Notes: generated by a model not told the origin, from the letters alone. A DNA stretch of 64,000 nucleotides from Bacteroidota bacterium (GCA_016706865.1 JADJIS010000002.1:972768-1036767); one strand, 5' to 3'; counted from the first letter of the stretch, positions 9,861 through 19,530 are shown. Translations and numbers: made by a program.

Positions 9861-10271
9861 ATGATTTTGGGTGCGTTTAAACGATTGATCTTATTTGCAG
9901 TATTTATTGCAGCAGTGTTGTTTATTTTGAGTTTTTTCAAAAATTTCAAATCAGTAATGGCATTTGCCTGGGTACTTTATTTTGTGTTTCTTGTGTTGAG
10001 TTTTGCAACTTTATATCTTTCTGGAAAAACAATGACGGGCAAATTAAGTGGGTTTATGAATATTTTTTTTGTAAGTATTTTTTCTAAACTAATAATTACT
10101 GCCATAATTGTTATGGTATATAAAAAAAATGCCGAACCAACATCAGACATCAACTTTATAATTCCTTTTGCAATTATATATTTTTCCTTTTTGTTTTTTG
10201 AAACTTATGAGCTTGTAAAAATGTCGCGTAGGATCGGTAACAATCAAAAAAATGCAACCGGCAAAAAATGA
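9861..10271 (+). CDS. Hypothetical 4-TM membrane protein (AtpI-like size and topology)
   Basis: 136 aa with four hydrophobic segments. Its stop overlaps the next start (ATGA). Confidence 0.5.
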   Translation: MILGAFKRLILFAVFIAAVLFILSFFKNFKSVMAFAWVLYFVFLVLSFATLYLSGKTMTGKLSGFMNIFFVSIFSKLIITAIIVMVYKKNAEPTSDINFIIPFAIIYFSFLFFETYELVKMSRRIGNNQKNATGKK

Positions 10272-12214
10272 GAATAATATATTTTATCATAATTGTGTTC
10301 TCTCTTTTTTTAATTGCGACTGCAAATGCACAGTCTGCTCCATTGTTAAATTTCGAGCGCGATGTGATTAAGTCTGAACAGAATATTGCATCGGCTAAAC
10401 TCACTGTATTTAATGCTGCCCCAACCGATAATTATGATCTTAAATATGTGCGTTGCGAGTGGAATATTTCCCCCGACACACTAACTATTTCAGGCGCAAT
10501 AACTTCCTATTTTACAATATTGGAAAATAGTGATCTGATCTATTTTGATGCAAGTGATTCACTTATTATTGACTCAGTTATTTATCATAACGACGAACTT
10601 ATTTTTCAACACCTAAATAATGAAATTGAAATATCACTCCCTGAATCATTAACTACAGGAATTTTTGATTCAATTTGTGTTTATTATCACGGTACACCTG
10701 TTTCTTCAGGCTTCGGTTCCTTTGAAATTACGCCACATGAAACAGGTAATACCATTTGGACATTATCAGAACCATACGGAGCAAGCGATTGGTGGCCTTG
10801 TAAGCAAACAATTACCGATAAGATCGATTCCGCTGATATTTTGGTAACCACTCCTTCGGCCTATAGATCGGGAGGGCCCGGTTTATTAATTAATGAAATT
10901 GTGGATGGAGATTTTACTACATATCATTGGAGAACTAAATATCCAATGGCAACTTATTTGATTGGAATATCAGTTAGTAATTTTGAAGTGTATTCTTTTT
11001 ATGCTCCTCATCATGAAGATTCTGTTTTATTTTATAATTTAATTTATCCGGAAACATTTGAATCCGCTGTTCCGTCAATAGATTTAATTGTACCTTCCTT
11101 TGAATTGTTTTCCGATATTTATTCCGATTATCCCTATCCCGATGAAAAATATGGCCATATGCAATTTGGTTGGGGTGGAGGAATGGAACATCAGACTATG
11201 AGTTCAGTTTCTAATTTTAATTACGAATTGCTTGTGCATGAAATGGCACACCAATGGTTTGGTGATAAAATTACTTGCGGCACCTGGAGAGATATCTGGT
11301 TGAATGAAGGTTTTGCTACCTATAGTACATGGTTGAGTTTCGATTTTTCTGAAGACCCAAATAACTATTTTGAAGCATGGCTTACCGGAACCAGAAATTC
11401 CATTATTTCAAAACCAGATGGATCTGTTTGGGTAGATGATACTACCACTACGGCCAGAATATTTGATGGAAGATTAACGTATTATAAAGGTGCCTGGTTA
11501 TTACACATGCTAAGATGGGAATTAGGTGATTCTATATTTTTTAAAGCTATAAAAAATTATATTACAGATCCTGAATTGATCTACAATTTTGCAGTAACAG
11601 ATGATTTGAAAAAACATTTGGAGTCTGAAGGTGATACAATGCTCACTCAATATTTTAATGATTGGTTTTACGGACAGGGATACCCAACATATTATTTATT
11701 ATGGAACCAGGATGAAAATGATCTTTTGAAAATAGCATTGAACCAAACAACCTCCGATGCTTCCGTAGATTTTTTTGAAATGAAAGTTCCCGTGCGGTTA
11801 TATGGTGAAAACGATTCGCTTGATGTTGTTTTGGAGCATAAAAAAATAGGTCAGTTATTCCAATTTGAAGTGCCTTTTGAAATTACAGGTATTGTATTGG
11901 ATCCTGATATTAAATTATTGCACGCCAATGATATTATTACACATACGGAATTGCCTGACGGCCCTTTACAATTGATAACGTATCCGAATCCTGCTGATAC
12001 AGAATTAAATATTCAAATGTTCAACATACGTCTTAGTGATTATTCGGTTGAATTATATAATAATGCTTCTCAAATTGTATACAGCACCCATACTCGTCTT
12101 GATGATACACGTGGTCTCCTTAAAATTGATATTTCTCAACTTGCTCCCGGGCCTTATGTATTATCGGTGAAGGATGATGTTAATGATATTGTAGTGAAAC
12201 TTATCATTAAATAG
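10268..12214 (+). CDS. M1 family zinc metallopeptidase with a T9SS C-terminal sorting domain
   Basis: Signal peptide, HEMAHQWFGD (HEXXH) plus NEGFATY glutamate motif. The C-terminal ~80 aa fit a type A Por sorting domain (ITYPNPADTELNIQ ... GPYVLSV ... VVKLIIK). Confidence 0.88.
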   Translation: MRIIYFIIIVFSLFLIATANAQSAPLLNFERDVIKSEQNIASAKLTVFNAAPTDNYDLKYVRCEWNISPDTLTISGAITSYFTILENSDLIYFDASDSLIIDSVIYHNDELIFQHLNNEIEISLPESLTTGIFDSICVYYHGTPVSSGFGSFEITPHETGNTIWTLSEPYGASDWWPCKQTITDKIDSADILVTTPSAYRSGGPGLLINEIVDGDFTTYHWRTKYPMATYLIGISVSNFEVYSFYAPHHEDSVLFYNLIYPETFESAVPSIDLIVPSFELFSDIYSDYPYPDEKYGHMQFGWGGGMEHQTMSSVSNFNYELLVHEMAHQWFGDKITCGTWRDIWLNEGFATYSTWLSFDFSEDPNNYFEAWLTGTRNSIISKPDGSVWVDDTTTTARIFDGRLTYYKGAWLLHMLRWELGDSIFFKAIKNYITDPELIYNFAVTDDLKKHLESEGDTMLTQYFNDWFYGQGYPTYYLLWNQDENDLLKIALNQTTSDASVDFFEMKVPVRLYGENDSLDVVLEHKKIGQLFQFEVPFEITGIVLDPDIKLLHANDIITHTELPDGPLQLITYPNPADTELNIQMFNIRLSDYSVELYNNASQIVYSTHTRLDDTRGLLKIDISQLAPGPYVLSVKDDVNDIVVKLIIK

Positions 12215-12241
12215 ACAATCTTCCTCCTGAATTAATATTTT

Positions 12242-13534
12242 TCAAAAAGCATATTTCAAATGCAGAGAAAATGCATCCTGAAATCCTTTAACACTTTCTT
12301 CACCTGCAATAGTTAATGCACGATCGTAAAGCAGCTCCAGATAATATTTATTAATAAGAGTTACGCCCCCACCTGCAATAAAAGAAACATGAAAATTATT
12401 TTTGTCAATTTCATTTTCAAGAGCGTAATTTTCAATCGTATGGATATAAATATTTTCCTCCATAATTTTCTGAGTGTTATCATTTGTTATTGAGTAGGCT
12501 CCTCCAAAACCAATTTTAAAATAGGGTTTAAATTTGGGAGTGTTCATTTGAACCTTAAGAGCTGTGGTTAATGCTACATCAAGTATGTCGAAATTTATTT
12601 CTTCTTCTCTATAAAATGATCCCGAAGTGTAAGCTGCGAATCCTGTTGAGCTGATTTTCTTAATAGCCAATTCATTATTCAACCAAAGTGTTTGTCGTCG
12701 GCCTTCAAAGTCAATATCGTAAAATAAGCCGGCATCATATCCATTTCCATAACTATATTCAGCACGACCATAACCTGGACCACTGTCACCTGTAGTGAAT
12801 GTAATTTTTGTTTTGGAAACTCCAAGCATTAAACCAAAATATTCTTGAGATTTTGGTTTAATAAATTGATATGAAATTTCATTTGCCCGACATTTATTAA
12901 AATCTATTATTATCGAAGCGATTTCATTAGAAGTAAATCTGCAACGATCAATTTTTCCAAGTAACTTCGGACATCTTTTTGTTATCCTTGCCAATTGATT
13001 TTTATATTCCGCAACTTTAATTCCTGATTTAAGTTCTTCATCATAATAATAGATATACAATAATTCCACAATGGAATCACCATATATCGCAAAAAAATGA
13101 TTTTTTTCATTTGCGCTGTAATGATATAAACTAATACCTTCTTCTGATACCACAATAGCCTTAAGCGCAATTGTATCCTTTTCAAGTAACTGAACATATC
13201 CAAGTCCCAATTTATAAAGATCAACAGGTGTATTATCAATTATAACCTGTCGGCATATATATTCTGTGTTTTCCACTGAAACACTTTTTAAAGTATGCGG
13301 AGTGAATGTTTCTACAACTGCATCCTTTGATTTTTTGAAACGAAATGTTTCAGGACTGTCGGCCCAATCTCTGAAATCAATTAATCCTTGTAAGGTATCA
13401 TCCTGATTGGTGATAATAGTGCCTGGAACAAAATTTTCCTGAGCGTTCAACCATCCATGCAGGAAAATAACGACAAAAAGCAAACTAAATCGAAAAATAT
13501 TCGGAGGAAGGATATTATTATTTTTGTGTTTCAT
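12242..13534 (-). CDS. Hypothetical secreted/outer-membrane protein (C-terminal beta-barrel-like)
   Basis: Signal peptide, alternating hydrophobic pattern in the C-terminal half, terminal aromatic residue (..HLKYAF). Confidence 0.5.
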   Translation of the reverse strand: MKHKNNNILPPNIFRFSLLFVVIFLHGWLNAQENFVPGTIITNQDDTLQGLIDFRDWADSPETFRFKKSKDAVVETFTPHTLKSVSVENTEYICRQVIIDNTPVDLYKLGLGYVQLLEKDTIALKAIVVSEEGISLYHYSANEKNHFFAIYGDSIVELLYIYYYDEELKSGIKVAEYKNQLARITKRCPKLLGKIDRCRFTSNEIASIIIDFNKCRANEISYQFIKPKSQEYFGLMLGVSKTKITFTTGDSGPGYGRAEYSYGNGYDAGLFYDIDFEGRRQTLWLNNELAIKKISSTGFAAYTSGSFYREEEINFDILDVALTTALKVQMNTPKFKPYFKIGFGGAYSITNDNTQKIMEENIYIHTIENYALENEIDKNNFHVSFIAGGGVTLINKYYLELLYDRALTIAGEESVKGFQDAFSLHLKYAF

Positions 13535-13561
13535 TTTTGCTAAATTAGCACAAAAATATAC

Positions 13562-14734
13562 ATGAAAAAGATACTATTGTTAGGAAGTGGTGAATTGGGA
13601 AAAGAGTTCGTAATCGCATGCAAAAGATTAGGTGAATATGTGATTGCAGTTGACTCCTATAACAACGCACCTGCACAACAAGTTGCCGATGAAAGAGAAG
13701 TTATTAATATGTTGGATGGAGATGCATTGGATGCAATTGTAAAAAAACACAAACCGGATATTATTGTTCCTGAAATAGAAGCAATAAGAACGGAACGATT
13801 TTATGAATATGAAAAATGGAATATTCAGGTTGTTCCCAGTGCACGTGCGGCAAATTTCACCATGAACAGAAAAGCGATCAGAGATCTTGCTGCGATAGAA
13901 TTGGGTGTTAAAACTGCAAAATATGCTTATGCTACAAGTTTGGAGGAATTAAAAAGGGCAGTTGCAGAAATTGGAATTCCTTGTGTTATTAAACCGTTGA
14001 TGAGTTCCAGTGGTAAAGGACAATCTACCATTAAATCGGAATCGGATATTGAAAAAAGCTGGAATTATTCGCAGGAAGCAAAACGCGGGGATATAGCAGA
14101 AGTGATAGTTGAAGAATTTATTTCATTTGATTCAGAAATTACTTTATTAACAGTGACGCAAAAAAACGGTCCCACTTTATTTTGTGCACCAATTGGACAT
14201 CGACAGGAGCGGGGTGATTATCAGGAAAGTTGGCAACCTGCATTAATTTCTTCCGAACATATTAAAGAAGCACAGGAAATTGCAAAAAAGGTTACAGAAG
14301 CATTAACAGGTGCCGGAATTTGGGGAGTGGAATTTTTCCTAAGCGCAAAAAATGGTGTGTATTTTTCAGAGTTGAGTCCGCGCCCTCACGATACCGGAAT
14401 GGTTACACTTGCTGAGACACAAAATTTAAATGAATTTGAATTACATGCCCGTGCAGTTTTGGGATTGCCTATACCGGAAATTGAATTATTAAAAATTGGA
14501 GCTAGTGCAGTAATTCTTGCTCCGGAAGAAATGCAAAAATTCACATTTGAAGGAATTGAAAAAGTTTTGGAGAGTTCGCAAACAGATATCCGTATCTTCG
14601 GTAAACAAACTACAAGAAAATATCGGCGTATGGGAGTAGTGTTGGTAAATGGAAATTTAGGAGGAGATGTGAATCAGGTAAAAGAAAAAGCTATGGATCT
14701 GGCGAAATTAGTGAGCTTAAAAAAAATGGATTAA
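13562..14734 (+). CDS. purT: Formate-dependent phosphoribosylglycinamide formyltransferase (GAR transformylase 2)
   Basis: N-terminus [16 protein letters not shown]-grasp architecture, full-length collinearity with PurT as I recognise it. Confidence 0.9.
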   Translation: MKKILLLGSGELGKEFVIACKRLGEYVIAVDSYNNAPAQQVADEREVINMLDGDALDAIVKKHKPDIIVPEIEAIRTERFYEYEKWNIQVVPSARAANFTMNRKAIRDLAAIELGVKTAKYAYATSLEELKRAVAEIGIPCVIKPLMSSSGKGQSTIKSESDIEKSWNYSQEAKRGDIAEVIVEEFISFDSEITLLTVTQKNGPTLFCAPIGHRQERGDYQESWQPALISSEHIKEAQEIAKKVTEALTGAGIWGVEFFLSAKNGVYFSELSPRPHDTGMVTLAETQNLNEFELHARAVLGLPIPEIELLKIGASAVILAPEEMQKFTFEGIEKVLESSQTDIRIFGKQTTRKYRRMGVVLVNGNLGGDVNQVKEKAMDLAKLVSLKKMD

Positions 14735-14766
14735 ATTTGATTTATTAACCTTTTAAAAATAGAATT

Positions 14767-15261
14767 ATGATCACATTAGAACAATATGCCGACCTCTGTG
14801 TATTGATGAGCGACACAGCAGGAGATGAATCCAAAGAAATTGCCATTGCCGAAGCAAATGGTGTAAGCGGAGCTGAATGGCTCGAATCAAAAAAAGGATA
14901 TACAGCTAAAATGAGCGATCCCGCCGACATGGGAAAAACTGCAGTTGCCTTCATGCCATTATACCAAGCAGCACTAGACAAAAAACGCGGAGGTGGAGAA
15001 CCCTGCACCTTAGAATTATATACCAAGATCCATGCAGAAATGGCGTTCAGAAAAGATCCGAACGATCCAACTAAAAAAATTGACTACAACATCGTTTTAG
15101 CGGAAAACGGCTATACCCATCAAACCTGGCTTGAATGTGAAAGTTACTGGACTCCACGCGTAGGTGCCGACACCGAACCAAAATATATTCCGGAACTCGG
15201 TGCCAAATTCAGAGTTTTAATGCAGCAGGAGAGTGATAGGATTTTTGGGATTGTGAGGTGA
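14767..15261 (+). CDS. Hypothetical protein with an internal two-fold duplication
   Basis: 164-aa ORF with no recognised family. The halves align (TLEQYADLCVLM..ANGVSGAEWLESKKGYTAKM versus TLELYTKIHAEM..ENGYTHQTWLECESYWTPRV). Confidence 0.55.
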   Translation: MITLEQYADLCVLMSDTAGDESKEIAIAEANGVSGAEWLESKKGYTAKMSDPADMGKTAVAFMPLYQAALDKKRGGGEPCTLELYTKIHAEMAFRKDPNDPTKKIDYNIVLAENGYTHQTWLECESYWTPRVGADTEPKYIPELGAKFRVLMQQESDRIFGIVR

Positions 15262-15279
15262 GGGGAATAATCTTAATAT

Positions 15280-15690
15280 GCCCCCACAAATTCTACTCAC
15301 ACCTATAAAAATCAATTATATCCGTGAGGGACTGTGTGGCGTTCCGGATATTTTCGTCCCCAATTCCGCCAGAGTCCCACTTGAAAAATACATTAAAATT
15401 TAATGATTGATTTTCTGTGTAGATTCTGGCGGGGCAGTCGTAGGCCATAGCGTAGAGAAAGCCCCCACATAGTCTGCTCACACCTATAAAAAATCAATTA
15501 TACCCGTGAGGGACTGTGTGGATTCGGAGGACTAAATTTCATCCTAAAAGTGTTTATTTAGGGAATATAAAATCAATTATATCCAGCTTGGCCACGAGTA
15601 TTTTCGTCCCAATTCCGCCAGAGTCCCACTTGAAAAATTTACAAACATCAAATGATTTGTTTTCTGTGTAGACTCTGGCGGGGCAGATCA
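15280..15690. repeat. REP/REPIN-like composite hairpin units upstream of the RAYT gene (one short 181-bp unit plus one interrupted unit)
   Basis: E1 hairpin (GCCCCCACATAGTCTACTCACACC..CCCGTGAGGGACTGTGTGG) at 15280 and 15461. E2 hairpin (CCGCCAGAGTC ... GTAGACTCTGGCGGGGCAG) at 15355-15446 and 15601-15686. Confidence 0.9.
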
Positions 15691-15700
15691 AGGGAATAAC

Positions 15701-16363
15701 ATGGAGAAATATTATTTAATTTTAGTATCTCAATTAAATAAAAATTTTATGACAGTCCGCACCTTAAAAACAGAAACAGGAATTTGTTATTATTGTACAT
15801 TTACTTGTTATAAATGGCTTCCTTTATTTGAATTAACAAAAATTCACGATGCAATTTATAGGTGGTTTGACTACTTGGTTGAAAATGGTCATCAAATTGT
15901 TGGATTCGTAATAATGAATAATCATATGCATTGTATTATTCATATAAAAAAAGGAGGACCTACTATTAATCGCATTATTGGAAATGCCAAACGATTATTA
16001 GCTTATGAAATAGTGGAGCGGTTGAAAAATATTAAAAGAGAGGATATATTACACATTATGCAAGAAGGCGTTTCAGATAAAGAAAAATTAAAAGGTGTTA
16101 AACATAAAGTATTTGAAGCCTCTTTTGATGGAAAGGAATGTTTTACCTACGATTTTTTAATTGAGAAATTGCGGTATATACATAATAATCCAGTAAAGGC
16201 AGGATTAGTTACTTTTCCGGAAGAATATATTCATTCCTCAGCGAAATTTTATTTCACAAATGAACAAGGTATTTATCCTGTTACTCATTTTATAGAAATA
16301 TTTGATGGGAGAGAGGTGTATGAATTTTCTATAGGGATAAAAAAGAAAGATTCGCAGGAATAA
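15701..16363 (+). CDS. HUH/Y1 transposase-like protein of the REP-associated tyrosine transposase (RAYT, IS200/IS605 TnpA-related) type
   Basis: HUH motif in NNHMHCIIH and catalytic-Tyr motif RYIHNNPVKAGLV. No terminal inverted repeats or tnpB. The gene is bracketed by inverted REP-like arms. The start may be M17 (15749). Confidence 0.8.
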   Translation: MEKYYLILVSQLNKNFMTVRTLKTETGICYYCTFTCYKWLPLFELTKIHDAIYRWFDYLVENGHQIVGFVIMNNHMHCIIHIKKGGPTINRIIGNAKRLLAYEIVERLKNIKREDILHIMQEGVSDKEKLKGVKHKVFEASFDGKECFTYDFLIEKLRYIHNNPVKAGLVTFPEEYIHSSAKFYFTNEQGIYPVTHFIEIFDGREVYEFSIGIKKKDSQE

Positions 16364-17766
16364 ATTTAATCCTAAAAGTGTTCTAGAATTGAAATATAAA
16401 TTCAATTATATCCGTGATGGCCAATGATATTTTCGTCCCCATTTCCGCCAGAGTCCCACTTGAAAAATTTACAAACATCAAATGATTTATTTTCTGTGTA
16501 GATTCTGGCGGGGCATTCATAGGCCATAGCGCAGAGAAAGCCCCCACATAGTCTACTCACACCTATAAAAAATCAATTATACCCGTGAGGGACTGTGTGG
16601 ATTCGGAGGAGAAAATTTCATTCTAAAAGTGTTTACGAATGGAAATATAAAATCAATTATATCCATTATAGCCCTGGAAATTTTCGTCCTCAATTCCGCC
16701 AGAGTCCCACGTGAAAAATAATTAAAATTAAATGATTTATTTTCTGTGTAGACTCTGGCGGGGCAGTCGTAGGCCATAGCGCAGAGCAAGCCCCCACATA
16801 GTCTACTCACACCTATAAAAATCAATTATACCCGTGAGGGACTGTGGGCTTCGGAGGAGAAAATTTCATTCTAAAAGTGTTTACGAATGGAAATATAAAA
16901 TCAATTATATCCATTATAACTCTGGATATTTTCGTCCCCATTTCCGCCAGAGTCCCACTTGAAAAATACATTAAAATTTAATGATTGATTTTCTGTGTAG
17001 ACTCTGGCGGGGCAGTCGTAGGCCATAGCGCAGAGAAAGCCCCCACATAGTCTACTCACACCTATAAAAAATCAATTATACCCGTGAGGGACTGTGTGGA
17101 TTCGGAGGAGAAAATTTCATTCTAAAAGTGTTTACGAATGGAAATATAAAATCAATTATATCCATTATAGCCCTGGAAATTTTCGTCCTCAATTCCGCCA
17201 GAGTCCCACGTGAAAAATAATTAAAATTAAATGATTTATTTTCTGTGTAGACTCTGGCGGGGCAGTCGTAGGCCATAGCGCAGAGCAAGCCCCCACATAG
17301 TCTACTCACACCTATAAAAATCAATTATACCCGTGAGGGACTGTGTGGCTTCGGAGGAGAAAATTTCATTCTAAAAGTGTTTACGAATGGAAATATAAAA
17401 TCAATTATATCCATTATAACTCTGGATATTTTCGTCCCCAATTCCGCCAGAGTCCCACTTGAAAAATACATTAAAATTTAATGATTGATTTTCTGTGTAG
17501 ACTCTGGCGGGGCAGTCGTAGGCCATAGCGAAGAGAAAGCCCCCACATAGTCTACTCACACCTATAAAAAATCAATTATACCCGTGAGGGACTGTGTGGA
17601 TTCGGAGGACTAAATTTCATCCTAAAAGTGTTTATTTAGGGAATATAAAATCAATTATATCCAGCTTGGCCACGAGTATTTTCGACCCAATTCCGCCAGA
17701 GTCCCACATGGAAAGTAGAATAAAATTAAATGATTTATTTTCTGTGTAGACTCTGGCGGGGCAGTT
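16364..17766. repeat. Tandem array of ~250-bp composite hairpin units (about 5.5 units) downstream of the RAYT gene
   Basis: TTTCTGTGTAGACTCTGGCGG recurs at 16491, 16741, 16990, 17240, 17490 and 17739. Alternating variants form a ~499-bp higher-order repeat. Confidence 0.95.
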
Positions 17767-17787
17767 GAAAGTTAGGAAATAATACCC

Positions 17788-19530
17788 CTATTTTTCATCT
17801 AACTTTTTCAACTCCATCTTAAGTTCTTCGAGAGTATATTCTGACATTATAATTTCAAATGTTTTATTTTCTGTCTTGATTTTTTGCATTCCAAGGTAGG
17901 GAACCTGATCGCGGTATTGAATGGCAACTATCCAAACTTCCTCACCTTTGGGAATGCCTTTAAATACATAATTTTTTTTATCGGGGGTTCCGGGAAATAC
18001 ACTCCTGCTGTTTATAAATACTAACTTGCAATCGGTAAATTCATTAGGTCTAATATTAACTTTCAAATCTACAGGATTTCTTATAGTTTTAAAATCATCT
18101 AAATTACTCCATCCGAAATTTGATGTATTATATATATAATAACTGAAATCATCAAATGCAATGGACTTATTTCCATAATTCATTTCTATTGTATTAATTT
18201 TTTCCTGCTCCATTAATATAGCTAATTCCTCCATGGTAGTTGCACCATATTTATCAAGCAGTGGTTTATTTATAGCATATACAAGGTCTTTTATATTATC
18301 AACTCCATATTTAACAAACATATCATACATCCATTGACAACTGTTTTCGTTATATGTGGGTCTGCTGTTGATAATGGAATCTGCATTTATATTGACATTC
18401 AGATTTACATTGCCGTTTTTGATCCTTCGTTCAAATTTTCTTGTTTCACGCGCATCCCGGCGAAGTTTTCGTTGGCATTCTCTGAATCTTTTATTTTGTT
18501 GATGTTGTGCGGAATTAAATATTCCTCTAAACCCTTCATCAAGTCTCCTGCACCTGCAGAAAAAATAATCCGATTTGTTAAACGCATATTTACACCTGCT
18601 GCAACCGGGATAAACTCCTCCACATAAAAAAGCACCACAACCAATAACTTGCTCTAATGTGAAATCATTTAATTGACTATTATTATTTACTGTCCAGTTA
18701 ATTTGATCGTGTATCTCTTCACCGGTGAAAACTTTTAAACCAGGAACGATGGTATCAGTTGGAGTCATCACCAGATAATCTGTTTTGGACTTAAGGTTTA
18801 ATTTTTTATCGCCCTGAACTGCCTGTACATATACCATCCCCTGCGATTCTAAAATTTTATCACCCGACATGGTTGTGATGTTATCCAATATCATGTCCGA
18901 TTTTAAATATTCTTCCTTTACCTGTATAATTACGCAATCAGTTGATTTTGCATTATAAATAATAGTATTTCCTTTGATATAAACGATAGTCCCATACTCA
19001 CATATTATTATGGTATCCTTTGTAGGATCTATGCAAAATTCCTGTAAATCGCGTTTGCTTTTTTTATAAAAATCTGCGATAGTTGTTGTGGAAGTTTCTT
19101 CCGGAAAAATTTCATCTAAAATTGATTTTCTGACAATTCCGGAAATAATAATATCTACACGTCGGTTTCTTTGTTTTCCTTCTTCAGTTTCATTTTCTGC
19201 AATGGGTTTATTTTCACCATACCAATTGGTGGTGATATTTTTTTCCGGTATGGAATTTAATAATAAATACTGATTAACACTTGTGCACCTTTTTTGTGAT
19301 AATTGCAAATTATATACACTATCTGCATCTGAATCTGTATTGCCGCGTATCAACAATTTATAGGTCTTATAACCCGCAATAGAATCAATCACAGTTTTTA
19401 GTATACTGCTATCTGCAAAATCCAGATTAAATTTATCAGTTTCAAAGTAAACAGATGTTTTATAAAAATTAGATTGGCAGAATGAATGCTGAATTAGCAA
19501 TAGGAAAAAAATAGCTGTAAATATTTTCAT
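17788..19530 (-). CDS. OmpA-domain protein with a large uncharacterised C-terminal region
   Basis: Signal peptide from M27 (MKIFTAIFFLLLIQHSFC), N-terminal OmpA-like peptidoglycan-binding domain (GNTDSDADSVYNLQLSQKR..NRRVDIII), then ~440 aa with no recognised motif, including a Cys cluster. Confidence 0.7.
   Translation of the reverse strand: MKIFTAIFFLLLIQHSFCQSNFYKTSVYFETDKFNLDFADSSILKTVIDSIAGYKTYKLLIRGNTDSDADSVYNLQLSQKRCTSVNQYLLLNSIPEKNITTNWYGENKPIAENETEEGKQRNRRVDIIISGIVRKSILDEIFPEETSTTTIADFYKKSKRDLQEFCIDPTKDTIIICEYGTIVYIKGNTIIYNAKSTDCVIIQVKEEYLKSDMILDNITTMSGDKILESQGMVYVQAVQGDKKLNLKSKTDYLVMTPTDTIVPGLKVFTGEEIHDQINWTVNNNSQLNDFTLEQVIGCGAFLCGGVYPGCSRCKYAFNKSDYFFCRCRRLDEGFRGIFNSAQHQQNKRFRECQRKLRRDARETRKFERRIKNGNVNLNVNINADSIINSRPTYNENSCQWMYDMFVKYGVDNIKDLVYAINKPLLDKYGATTMEELAILMEQEKINTIEMNYGNKSIAFDDFSYYIYNTSNFGWSNLDDFKTIRNPVDLKVNIRPNEFTDCKLVFINSRSVFPGTPDKKNYVFKGIPKGEEVWIVAIQYRDQVPYLGMQKIKTENKTFEIIMSEYTLEELKMELKKLDEK

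Noticed and set aside
15293-17324. Repeat-borne minus-strand ORFs (62 aa at 15293-15481, identical 82-aa ORFs at 16577-16825 and 17076-17324)
   Set aside because: Each spans exactly one repeat unit and is open only in one unit variant. The sequences are translated hairpin arms with no family resemblance. The identity reflects DNA duplication, not selection on a protein.
1-17766. Possibility that the arrays at 1-935 or 15280-17766 are CRISPR arrays
   Set aside because: The whole 245-250-bp units are repeated, with no short conserved repeats alternating with unique spacers. No cas genes are in the window.
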